Shown: one piece after another, positions 36,706 to 50,158 of the stretch
Position numbering within the stretch: the stretch's first letter is position 1
Layout: each line of letters opens with the position of its first letter
Assembly (NCBI RefSeq): GCF_001194135.2
Contig: NC_068983.1
Coordinates: 142,700,295 to 142,757,474 of the forward strand
Direction: 5' to 3'
DNA length: 57,180 nt
DNA from: Octopus bimaculoides
Taxonomy: Eukaryota
The notes under the pieces: generated by a model
The model's database searches: none
What the model was told of the DNA's origin: nothing
The model's input: only the letters and a program-made list of their open reading frames with translations
Position numbers and translations under genes: made by a program

Positions 36706-37459
36706 AAGGTCAATATTGTCTTTCATCCTTTTGGATTGATTCAATAAATTTCACATCTTATATTTGTGACAGTGAGCCAATATTTACAAATCATTATTTC
36801 TTGTGTAAGCACAAGATTTCATAAGCAATGTGAAAACCTTACAAATAAAACTGAAATCAGATAGTGGGTTCAACTCTCTGAGAGCTTACTTCTACTGTAT
36901 GGTATTTGCCTTTAACCTTAAAAGCATTTCATACCAACTCTACTGGACCAATTACCATTGGTAAATTGCTGAGACCAATGCAATTGACACAATTATTCCT
37001 AAGGCCTGTTTGTAATTCCAAACAACCAACCTGAAGTGAAGTGATTCCTTGCATATGCAAGAAACCTTTTCAATTATAATTCGTCACATTTAAATCTTAA
37101 AATATTCTGATGATGATATTATTTCTGGAAATATTTTCCAATTCTTTTAGAAGTTAAAATATTAATAAAACCTTATTTATCCAATCTACTCACAACCAAT
37201 ATTTCCTTGTCACCATCTTGACTATATTTTCTGTGTGTATGTGAGATCTAAGGCATACTAGCAAGATTTTCAAATCTTTTCGTTTTATAGAGAACATGTA
37301 ATTTAAAACATCAACTCCACTAACTTACCATACTGCAAAAGTATCTCGAAATTTATTATCATTACATATATATATATATATATTACAATGTAATAAATTA
37401 TTTTCCGGCATACAAATATGATCCTAGAGACTATACAGTCACATTTACTACATCTTCAA

Positions 37460-37778
37460 ATTTCAGGGACTCCAGCACCATTCAAGCATAGTCGATGCCA
37501 GTGCCACCTGACTGGCTCCCGTGCCGGTGGCATGCAAAAAGCACCATTCAAGCATGGCCAATGCCAGTACCGCCTGACTGGCCCTTGTGCCAATGGCACG
37601 TAAAAAGCACCCACTATACTCTCAGAGTGGTTGATGTTAGGGAGGGCATCCAGCTGTAGAAACATTGCCAGATTGGATTGGAGCCTGGTGCAGCCTTCTG
37701 GCTTGCCACCCCTCAGTCAAACCGTCCAACCCATGCCAGCATGGAAAGCAGACGTTAAACGACGACGATGATGATGAT
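37460..37778 (+). mobile_element. RTE tail copy
   Basis: Two tandem units plus the tail ending gacgacgatgatgatgat. Confidence 0.85.
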
Positions 37779-37999
37779 TCCCTCAGTGCTACACTGTCAG
37801 AATACACTTTGTTCTTCAGATAGCCACAAAATAATTCAAGCAAGTCTTTTACTAAATTTCAAATGAAGACTTATTAAATATTTTTATATGGTATTGTTCC
37901 CGTATCCACCTATCTTCTTTTATTGACAGGTTTCTTTTGATTTGACCCTCACCTCCCACCCACCTTTATACAGAAAAGCAAGGAGACAAAAGTTATGAT

Positions 38000-38700
38000 A
38001 CTGAAGGGTGGGGCATTATTAAAAAGGATTAAGCAATTTTTGTTTAGAGGGTCTGGTCGATGACATATGTCAAGTACGCTGGACAATAATCAGACAGGGA
38101 GTACTACAACTCTTCATCTTATAAGTAAAACAAAATTAGTGGTCTGAAGAAAGGAGCTGTGCGGTAGGATCAGAGCAGTTAATATTCTCAAATACTTGCA
38201 AACTGATAGCTGCAAGGAGAAAAACGACAAAGACGGACTCAAGATGTTGATGGTCTGGGGAGAAAGACCAAGCGTAGTGGCAGATGTGGTGGACAATGTT
38301 TACACAAGAGACAAGTGAGTTGGGAGATGTGACATGAAACCAGCTGAGTAGAAATCACTGCAAGAAGTCAGCACATAAGTGAGCCAGAGAATGGAGGGTG
38401 TTGGTGAGCAAAGAAAAGCAACCCAGCTGATTAGCATCAACAGGGTTGTTTTCCTTTGTATCCGGTCTAAGTATTTGTTCCAACTCTTCATGTTGAAATG
38501 CTACAGTGGCATTTAATCTACCACCCAGTCTAATACCACCTCGGGTACCTTAAGTATTTGAGCCAGGTCCCTGATTTGAAGGAAACTTTTCTCCCTCCGA
38601 GAAGTGAGAAGTTTAACAGGCCCTATAATTCTTCTCGGTAGGAGGTTTCTCTGCCTAGCAACAGCACTGTCCTAGATGTGACAGTAGTACATCTTTGCAG
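38000..38700 (-). mobile_element. Decayed CR1/L2-group LINE 3' fragment
   Basis: Minus frame LDRIQRKTT resembles the LD.VQRRA motif in the C-terminal part of CR1-like ORF2. Otherwise degenerate. Confidence 0.4.
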
Positions 38701-39623
38701 ACCCCAAAATTACTTGGCAAAATATACTTTGAGAAAGATCCCACAAAGAAAATAAATACCCAAAGAACTAATGATTTAATCCTCAAACAACTGTCATTTA
38801 AGTTAGAGCTCGACAGAAACGCATTCAACTTCCCGGTGTAGACAACTGAAACTAGAATGTCGAATGTATTTAGCTTAAAATTAATCAACACATTTTATCG
38901 TGATGTAATCAATTTTCAGAAGTAAGTACCATAGATTAAGTAACAAGCCAAACAGGGAACCAAACTTGTGATAAGAGTTGATTCCAATATATCAAACAGG
39001 TGAATTCCAAATGTAGACAATAGCCAAATTTTCTCTGACACACCACCACGATTCTTTTTGAGTTGTATGCAATAGATATACGCAAAAAAGTTTGCTTTAA
39101 TTACTAAACACGCCAATTTAATGTGTCCTTTAAATGCAGTTATTCATTTCCCAAAGAATTGTAATGAAATGTTCTGCAACCTTGAATGAGTTACTTTTGA
39201 AGACTAATGAATTAAAAGATTGAGTACGTCCAAATTTTGAAATTCAATCGAATGCTCGGTATTTGTCAGAGCAAGGATTTTATTTTTTTGTATACTATTA
39301 TAAAACTATATCAAGATATGAATCAATAAAGTGTATAATAATACCTAAAATTCTAAACTAAAATAACTATTATATATGACAGCTGTTCAGCGAGTTCTAC
39401 GTTCTTTGATAGATGAATGGTGCATTAAACTCAGCATACACGACTTAGGTAGTGACGTCTTAATTCGGCGAGAAATTTCCTTAAAACTCAATTTTTATCT
39501 AAATGCAGTTAATAAAACTTCAATAAACTTTATAGATATGAAGCCTCCGAGAAAACAAAAGTACACATTTCAATTAAAGAATAAAAAGATATCCAAATAT
39601 TTACGGAGGGGTCCGGGACTCAC

Positions 39624-39626
39624 CAT
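39624..39626 (-). CDS. MRPS14: Probable ATG-only first coding exon of MRPS14
   Basis: Minus strand tttaattATG|gtgagt: A at -3, a consensus donor, and phase 0 matching the next exon. This gives MLSSRLTMPV..., a plausible mitochondrial presequence. Intervening exons cannot be excluded. Confidence 0.55.
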
Positions 39627-41820
39627 AATTAAAATATATTACACTAATACTAATTCATACTTCGCGTATGAAAATCAATATGTTCAATTGTAATTTCTAA
39701 CAAATTTAACGGTTTTTCAGAAATATTAGATTCAATATTTCTATAAAATTCAAATTCCATAAGAATCAAGCATCAGTTTCACGAATAATATATAACAGTA
39801 GAGGTAAACAGTTTATAACAGGTAGAAACTTGAAGAACTGTTCCTACCNNNNNNNNNNNNNNNNNNNNNNNNNNNNNNNNNNNNNNNNNNNNNNNNNNNN
39901 NNNNNNNNNNNNNNNNNNNNNNNTAAAAGGAACAGTTGCAAGTGAAAGGTGACTAAAATATGGAATATTTCTTGGCAGCAAAATCATAAAAACTCAAACT
40001 GAAGTTGAGAGGAAGTTAGCTGTTCAATATGAAGTGAGAATTTAAACACAATGGACTTAAGAAATTAAGGACTAAATAAAAATAAAAAAAATTAAATGTG
40101 TCTCTATATACCAAATGAGAAAATAGATGGTTGACATAAATTAGACATTAGGTTCAACTTCAATGAAGAATAATCATCAGCCGGAGATATTAAAAACTCT
40201 CGTTCGTCATATATATATAGAAAAGCATTCGTTTTTAATTATCAGTACTATTAGAACTATCACGTCACCAAAGACTGGGACTTAGAAATTACTTATAGCA
40301 TCCATTAGTCCTTTGCCGTCGAAGTATGTACAATAAAATTTAAAGATTACACGAATATTATATTCTGATGGACACTTGAAATAAAAGAACCAATAATAGG
40401 AATTGGCTGAATGAATACTACAATTAAGAATATTGCGTCATGGAAGAGACAACTCCAGGAATTATGTAAGCACAAGCAAGAGAGGAAATATGTTAGCAAA
40501 ACTGACTAAAAGCTAATTAGACTGAAAGTTAGTGTTAACCGAGCTTTGGTAACAGTTACAAAAAAAAATTCACATGCAATTCACAAAGCCAAGCATAGTG
40601 TTAATTTTAGAACCTCAATGTGGTCACTCGACTTTATAGCACCAAATTTACCCCCATACTATCTAAGAAAAAAAAAAAATGAAGCACATATAGTCTGAAA
40701 TTAGGACAGGTTGGTCACAGTTAGAATGTCTTTGACTTTATGCTTATTTGGTTAGGCTGGGCAATAAAGCTATAGGTTTTAACTTAACACGTAAATTGCA
40801 ATATAAAGAATATCTTTTAAGGATTGGCCAGTTTTGATAACGTGTTTGAAAAGAAACTACGTGGGTGACTTAACTTCCCAAGTATATATTCTAAATAACT
40901 CGTGCGATTAGAGAATATATTGTAATCGGTGTAATATAAATTTCAACAATTTTGTTTATTACCTCCAGAAATTTGTTTACAATTAGATTCAATAAAAGTC
41001 TCAGATATGAAAATAAAGACGCAAATGAAACATTTAATAGCCATAGATTTTGTTCTTATAGTATTACAGGAAACCTTCCAGTATAACAAGGTTTGCTGTC
41101 TTTAGTGTTGTATATAAATTTAAACTGATTGCTACAATTATATTGCTGCTTTCGTTCTTTTAATCGTTAATACATCAACTTTAAAATAAAATAAATACAC
41201 CCTAGATATTTGTTGCTGAAGGTCATAAATTTATGAGCATAACGCTAACTTATAATAAGCCTTTAATTTAGAAGGATGATATATCACTCACAAAATTACG
41301 AGTATATTTCTTTTTTGTGAAAATGTGGAACAGGTTATATTTTTTATGAATAAAGAAGGATTTCGGCGTGTTAAATTGAAACAGGTTTACCGTAATGTCC
41401 ACTAAACCACCGAAAATAAGTATTTGGTTATCCTTAAAATATTAGCAAGAACATTTTTTTTATAAACTGCAACCTCAGAAAAGCTTAGGGTAAAACTACA
41501 AAATTTTAACGACTTGTTCAGCAATCGAAATAAATATTTAAACTAAAATTAGGTAGGAAATATTTTATTACGAAACTTTGCTTACCCCATAACCACAAAT
41601 TCTGGCAGACAGACAATTTATTCCAATTTTAAGAGATGCCATCTTGAATTCATGAAAAGTAAGTCCATGTAGAATTTCAGTAGATAAACAATTTTCAATT
41701 GTCAAGTCAAATACAAAATAATAATCGCTTCAAAATTTTTTTAATAATTAAATTTAAATATTAAGACTTTAGAATTTAAATTTAATTGTAAAAATAATTT
41801 TATTAACTTCTTATTTCCTT

Positions 41821-41947
41821 ACCGGAAATTCATTAAAACATTATGGGAAGGAAAGTCATGACGTCAATTCCACGTTCCTCCCCCTTGTGGTATATATATC
41901 ACGTGATCTCCATACTCAGCCCTTTTCACTGCAATCGGCTCTTAGAG
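41821..41947 (+). promoter_or_regulatory. EF1A core promoter and non-coding exon 1 (5'TOP)
   Basis: CCGGAA at ~41822, CRE TGACGTCA at 41859-41866, TATATATA at 41891, TCACGTGA at 41899-41906. The pyrimidine tract CCTTTTC starts ~30 nt after the TATA (41921). Donor gag|gtaggt at 41948 and acceptor ttttctag ending at 42818. Confidence 0.8.
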
Positions 41948-42851
41948 GTAGGTTCTAAAATTTATGCTTAAAGTTATCTCGTAATATCTGCGTAAATTAA
42001 TACCATCCGTATTTTCTGAGACTTTTCACCAGTAATACAGGTATATTACTATCCATTGACAAAATATTTCATGTAGATAGGTATAGTTTCGAATATTTTT
42101 TTTTGAAATTACGGTAAACTATTGTTGCAATGACTATTATAATGAAGAAAAAAAATTATCGTACACCATTGATGAAGAACGACTGTCATATCTACTCTAT
42201 ATTATTATTTCGTATCTCTTGTAGTTCCTCAACATATTTTAGAAATTGTGTATATTTCGTCTTTGTCGATAATCTATATTTGAATGTTTAAAAGACTACA
42301 TATTCAACGTTCTAAAATGGCTACGCATACATACACATCTATGTCTATAGACCACGTGGTATAAGTTAATGTTAATGCGCATGTAGCTAGATCTTACTGT
42401 GGTGGTTTCTTCCTATACCTTGTAGGTATTTAGAATATTATCTTGCCGGGTGCCTTAAATGGTTCGTGTAGCATTTGGTATGAAATATATTTGTCCATGA
42501 TCACAGTTCTAGTATTGTTTTGACTACTAATTCCTTAGTATTTTTCTGTCATTACGTCTATTGATTAAAATACTTTTGCATTTCCGTGTTTCCTGTTACC
42601 CATTCCCTTGCATGTAACACTTTATTAGATGTTGAATGGTACTAGTACAAACGTTCTTAAATATTAAGCGAGTGACTAATTTTTATACTGGAGAACGTTT
42701 CTACAATGCTGCTAGGTTTTGCAATTGAATTGAGATTATGGTGAAATATCTAGAGCTTTTTTATTTTGGATTTCGTAGTTTCTATAGCCATTCTCTTGTA
42801 TCGATTTTTCTTTTCTAGTTTCACCTGTTCATTACCTTCTAAAGCGCAATC

Positions 42852-44752
<1,901 letters not shown>

Positions 44753-44961
44753 AGTTTAGCTAATCTTAGCTATGTTGTTCAGGGGAGGGAAAGTATATCA
44801 GCTCTGTTTCTTAATGTATTTCTCAATTTAAGAGATAACCTCCTGCAGCTTTTGCTTTCATGGCCTATATGGTTGCTTAGGTCTAAATTACATCGTAAGG
44901 AATTCAGGCGGAAAGACTGGATTTTCTATGGATTCAAATCTGTTGTGTAAGTGGATTCTGA

Positions 44962-44967
44962 AATAAA
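44962..44967 (+). terminator. EF1A polyadenylation signal AATAAA
   Basis: About 210 nt after the stop codon, followed by a U/GU-rich stretch. Confidence 0.75.
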
Positions 44968-45219
44968 AAAACATTTCAATCTACATTTGGCTTGTCTTCA
45001 ATTTTCATTTTTCTTCTGAGTGACTTTAGATGAATTCTTTGTTTTAATGAAAACTAACAGCCATAATATTTTTCTGTATTAGCTTTATTTATTACATTCA
45101 ACAGTGTCTTTCGTCTTGTATGCCAAATAGGTATTCCATCCAACAGCTGTAGTGTTCACGACCAGGATCCTGTGGTGTAAAGAAATAGGTTGTCAGAATT
45201 TCAGATTAATAAAATTGAG

Positions 45220-45510
45220 CTCATCATCATCGTTTCACGTCCGCTTTCCATGCTAGCATGGGTTGGACTATTTGACTGAGGACTGGTGAAACCAGATGGC
45301 AACACCAGGCTTCAATCTAATTTGGCAGAGTTTCTATAGCTGGATGCCCTTCCTAACGCCAACCACTCAGTGTAGTGGGTTCTTTTACGTGTCACCCGCA
45401 CGAAGGCCAGTCAGGCGGTACTGGCAACGGCCACGCTCGAAATGGTGTCTTTTATGTGCCACCCGCACAAGAGCCAGTCCAGGGGCACTGGCAACGATCT
45501 CGCTCAAATC
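45220..45510 (-). mobile_element. RTE tail copy between the two convergent genes
   Basis: catcatcatcgtttcacgtccgctttccatgctagcatggg..., the reverse complement of the conserved tail. Confidence 0.85.
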
Positions 45511-46001
45511 TTTTTTCTTGTGAAAATGTGAGGGAAAATAACTAGTTTTCCACATATTAATGATTGTCAGTCAAGAGAAACTTGATAGATAGTTTTAGGT
45601 AATGTCTACAGAACAGTTCCATTAATTTTGGTTGAATTATAAAAATACCTAAGTTTAATATATTCAGGATTAAACCAAAACCGTCTGCTCTAAGAAACAG
45701 ACGAGATCAACAGAGAAAGAGTTAGGCAGTGATATACAAAAAGAACAGACATATGTAACAGTGAGAAGAAACATATATAAGCTTGCTCAACTTCAATTTT
45801 TGTTTTTTAATATTTATGTAAATTAGAAAAATATAAACATTCAAAGATGAACAAGCTTATATACAAATACATAGACATATGTCCGATAAAACATAAAGGC
45901 AACATTACTTAAGGGACACAATTTGTGTTTCTATACACACATGCATATGTGTTTGACAGGTTTATAGTACTAAAGAGAGAAAGGAAAGAGACAATGAATA
46001 A

Positions 46002-46264
46002 TTAAACAAGACTAATTGTTGTACTATCATTAGCAAAGAGGCGGTACATTGCCAGGCACCAGAGAGGAACAGTTAGAAGTAACATCAGCATAGTCGGCTG
46101 CAGGAGATGGGTGATGTTGGTCTTGGTCTCAGTGGAGGTGGATGAGGCATTGGTTACATTAGCAACAGGAGCAGGTGCTGGCTGTGCATTCTGCCCTTCC
46201 TGGGTGGCATTAGTAGCAGATTCAGTGCCATCTAGTGGTGGAGATTTGGCTGTCACTGATGAAG
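46002..46264 (-). CDS. Terminal exon of an unidentified single-pass membrane protein (Ser/Thr-rich stalk, TM helix, C-terminal -SLV)
   Basis: aaacag|CT phase-1 acceptor. Open frame SSVTAKSPP...NAT...NVTNAS...NIT, then hydrophobic MLMLLLTVPLWCLAM, then YRLFANDSTTISLV*. Unique sequence, GC-richer than its flanks. Confidence 0.6.
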
Positions 46265-47243
46265 CTGTTTGACTGTTTAGGCTTTGAAAATTCGCAGCTT
46301 AACGTTTGCTACTTTACAAATATGGCAGAAATACAATAGAAGGTATGGAGTAATAATGCTGCAATATCCAAGCATAGAATGTTTCATAAAGAGTAAATTA
46401 GAAGTGGATACATTATTTTTCCTTTACTGCATGCATTACTTTGAGTTAGGTGTATTGGAAATACATTGATCAGCTAAAGCTATTTTAACATTTCACTTAC
46501 CTATATTGAAATGGTATGAAATAGAAGTTGCATAGCTGTACAGCAGGCCAGAGCTGAAAGACAGATTTCAATTAATGCTAATTGAGTGTGAGAAAACCTG
46601 GTCATATTTGGAGTCTTTTCATTTACTCATGCATACATTCAGTTGTGAATTGTTGGTCTAGGAGACTCATCATATATAGCCAGGCTCTAGACCCTGTAAT
46701 TAATGAAATCGGGGTTCATAATGGACAGCTTGTCTAGAATGGATGCTGTAGTACTGGTACAGTTAGATGGGTATCTCTTTTACCGTATTACTGTTCGTAA
46801 CCAGTGGGGCTTTATATTTGTATTAATGAGTAAAAATTTTGAAGGCTGATTTTACAACTTCATTCCCATGAAGTCCAATGATTTTTGCAGACTTAGACCA
46901 CAATTCCAATTTTTTCCTTTTGTAAACTGAAAGGGAGGTTGCAATTTTTCAGACACTAAACAGCAGTTTGTCTTTCTGCCCTGCATTAAGCATTTCAATT
47001 TTTTTATACCCATAAATCCAACTTGACTCCTTTTGTCTGTTTGCTACAAGAATCTTGTTGATTATACAGTTTTGATCATTGGACGAAACTGAAAGGCATG
47101 ATTTTTGTAGTTCTTTGTCAACCATATTTTGATTGTACTATCTCCAAGCTTGTCTGCTTAATTATATGTTGACAAGACAAACACAGAATTTTCCCATTGG
47201 AAAGTACTAAAAATGTTTACCTGATGAAGGAATTTTAACTTAC

Positions 47244-47270
47244 ACTTGGGTATTGCAATACTTGTAAGGG
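47244..47270 (-). CDS. Candidate 27-nt microexon of the same gene
   Basis: ttttacttcatttag|...|gtaagt; phase 1-1; reads LTSIAIPK without a stop. Confidence 0.3.
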
Positions 47271-48752
47271 CTAAATGAAGTAAAATATTGAGAATTGCTC
47301 CTACCTACTAGCTTAATGCAAAAAATAGAATCTTATCTAACACTGGCTCTATTTTTGTCCTCAGTTGTCTTGGATGTAAAAATAGCTTCTTTCTCACTGA
47401 TTGGAGATAAATAGTATAAAAAAATATTTTGAAAGTGCAGCTATTTTATTCTCGTCAGTTATTTGACTGTGGTCATGCTGGAGCACTGCCTTTTAGAAAT
47501 GATTTATAAAAAAAAAAGGTTGGCAATGCAAAGAATTCAGTAATCTGAAAGCTATTTGTTTTTAAATATAGTCTAATTACTTTCTAAAGCTACCTTTATA
47601 GATTTTCAGTTAACTGTATGATTCAATCACATCTCTATAGGTAGGGCATGGTGTTCACTTATAAACTTAGTACTAATACATTTGGTGTTATGATGTCCCT
47701 ATCGGCAATTAATGTACATACCAGTTGCTAAGAATGTGATTAATGTTAAAAATTGGTATATCTAATTGTCATACGGCTAAATTCAGTGGCTAATGAAGTA
47801 ATGTTCATTTCATGGATGGTTGGATGAGGTGTGAAGAGCAAAAACTGAAATATGCATATACACCTATTATCTATTTTTCTATCTTCAGTTGTGTTTACAT
47901 TGTATTTATGTGAAATGTAAATTTCAGTGCTGGCTCTAATTTCTATACAAAGTCCATAGAAATAACTTTAAAAAAAGTGAATTGCACTAACACTGGGACA
48001 CAGTATTGACTTAAAAGCCTTTAATATACTCAGTTGTATTGTTGCATAATGAAATACAGTTCCCTTCCAGCAATTAATTAGTCAACTGAAACTGGATTTA
48101 CCTCAAGCTTATGGCAGCACAGTATTGAATGTTTCCATCTAATTCTATTATGAATCCATTGAGTTGAGATTAAGGAATAATGTGCATATGTTTATACTGG
48201 ATAGGGTCAGAAGATTTCATTTTGTCAGATATTGACTTTTTAAAATTTGCAGTGACATTGCTTTTGAGATCTAATTGGGTTTATCTTTATCACTACAAGT
48301 CATCCTACTAGAAATGTTCTACAGTTTAACCCTCTAAATAAGACTACAGGTCTTCACTATGTGCCTTGCTGAACACATGAGCATAACACTTTCTGGGCAA
48401 CAAAAGTTTTGGAGAGATTTCGTAAACAAACTTTTTATTAGTGGCTTTTGGAACATATGGTTCTTAAATAATGCAAAGATATTTTAAAATAAGAATTTTT
48501 ATAATAGAACCAAAAGTGGGTTAGTAATCACTAGTAAAATACATACTTTAATGTTTTTTCTGGCTTATAAAAATTTGAGCTTTTGTCAGGAGTACATGCA
48601 TAAATTTACAAGAGGGCTTTCTTAATGTTATTTTTCTCTTTAATTATACAAGTTGAAATGGTCCCTTTAAATTTTTATAGATATTACAATCAATTTTAAT
48701 AAATTTTACAGATATTACAACAATCAATTTTAAAGAATGAAAAAATACTCAC

Positions 48753-48785
48753 TTGGTAATTTGACATTAAAACCGGTTTGAAATT
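48753..48785 (-). CDS. Candidate 33-nt microexon of the same gene
   Basis: cctctctattctattgcag|...|gtgagt strong splice sites; phase 1-1; reads FQTGFNVKLP. Confidence 0.45.
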
Positions 48786-49029
48786 CTGCAATAGAATAGA
48801 GAGGATTGTCAAAAGTAAATACATTACACTTTTTATAACATTCAATTAATCCTTAGATATATAATACATTATGAAAACCTTGATGTATTGAACAAAAGTC
48901 CATGTTGAGTTTGCTGGATGTATTGTCCCCATTGTTTGTGCCACCATGCAGTACGCAAGCCAAGTGAGTGCATAATCTGTGGCCTCTGCCAGAAATGTAT
49001 CCAGCTCAGTTATTTGTATCTTTACTTCA

Positions 49030-49502
49030 TTGGAAACTAAACCCTGCTTGCGAAGACCTGTTGGGGCAAGTGAAATCGAAACTAATTGAACCATATTCGA
49101 TGACTGGCACCTGTGCCAGTGGAGCACTAACAGCACCATCCAAGTGTGATCATTGCCAGAGCAGCTGTCTGGCTTCCATGCTAGCACCATTTGAGCAGCA
49201 TCGCTTTACTGGCATGTTAGAGGATCATTCAAGCGAGGTCATTGCCAGTGCTGCTGGACTGGCTCCTGTGCAGGTGGCACGTAAAATACACCATTTTGAG
49301 TGTGGCTGTTGCCAGTACCGCGTGACTGGCCCTCGTGCTGGTGGCACGTAAAAGCACCCACTACACTCTTGGAGTGGTTGGCGTTAGGAAGAGCATCCAG
49401 CTGTAGAAACTCTGCCAGATCAGATTGGAGCCTGGTGCAGCCATCCGGTTCACCAGTCCTCAGTCAAATCGTCCAACCCATGCTAGCATGGAAAGCGGAC
49501 GT
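49030..49502 (+). mobile_element. RTE 3' UTR/tail copy with several tandem units
   Basis: ttgcgaagacc...caagtgaaatcg, then the units and the conserved tail, truncated at gcggacgtt. Confidence 0.85.
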
Positions 49503-50158
49503 TTCCTTTTTATAAGGAAAAGGTTGACTGATCTCAAAGTTTCATCACACTGAAGGCAAGCATGTACTTTTCAAAAAGTTATTAAATGATCCTTCAGTTA
49601 AATTGTTTTTATATAAACTGACATAGCAAACATTAATACTAACACACACACACATGTATCATGATCATCATCACTTAATATTCATAAGATGGCTTGACAA
49701 GATCTGATGGGTCGAAGGACTACATATGCCAATGTCTGCTTTGGCATGATTGGATGCCTTTCCTAACATCAAATCACTTTGCAGCATGTAATGGGTACTA
49801 TTTTCATGGCACTAGCACTAGTGAGATTCCCATGTAGTTTACAAGACTAGAATCCTCTTTGACTGAGTACAGAAGAGAGAGAGGTGATATGCTAGAAGAG
49901 GGGTCAAAATATGAGAGGAGGGACCAGAACACAAAAGGTTCTGTTGACAACTATGAGAATCTATTTACAGTGTGCTCATAGTATGTACTCCTCCATTGTG
50001 TCTATTACATATGAGCTTACTGTTAGTCTGCCTGTGATTCTAATATACCTCTAGCATGTCCATAGCTTTTCTTGGGTACAGTGTATGAAGTTTATACATA
50101 ATACTTTAATGCATACCAAGCAAAGGCATCAGGATTCTGTCTTCTTTCTCTTTACTAG

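Noticed and set aside
46950-47130. 58-codon minus-strand ORF (MVDKELQKSC...)
   Set aside because: No recognisable motif or convincing splice sites; compatible with chance.
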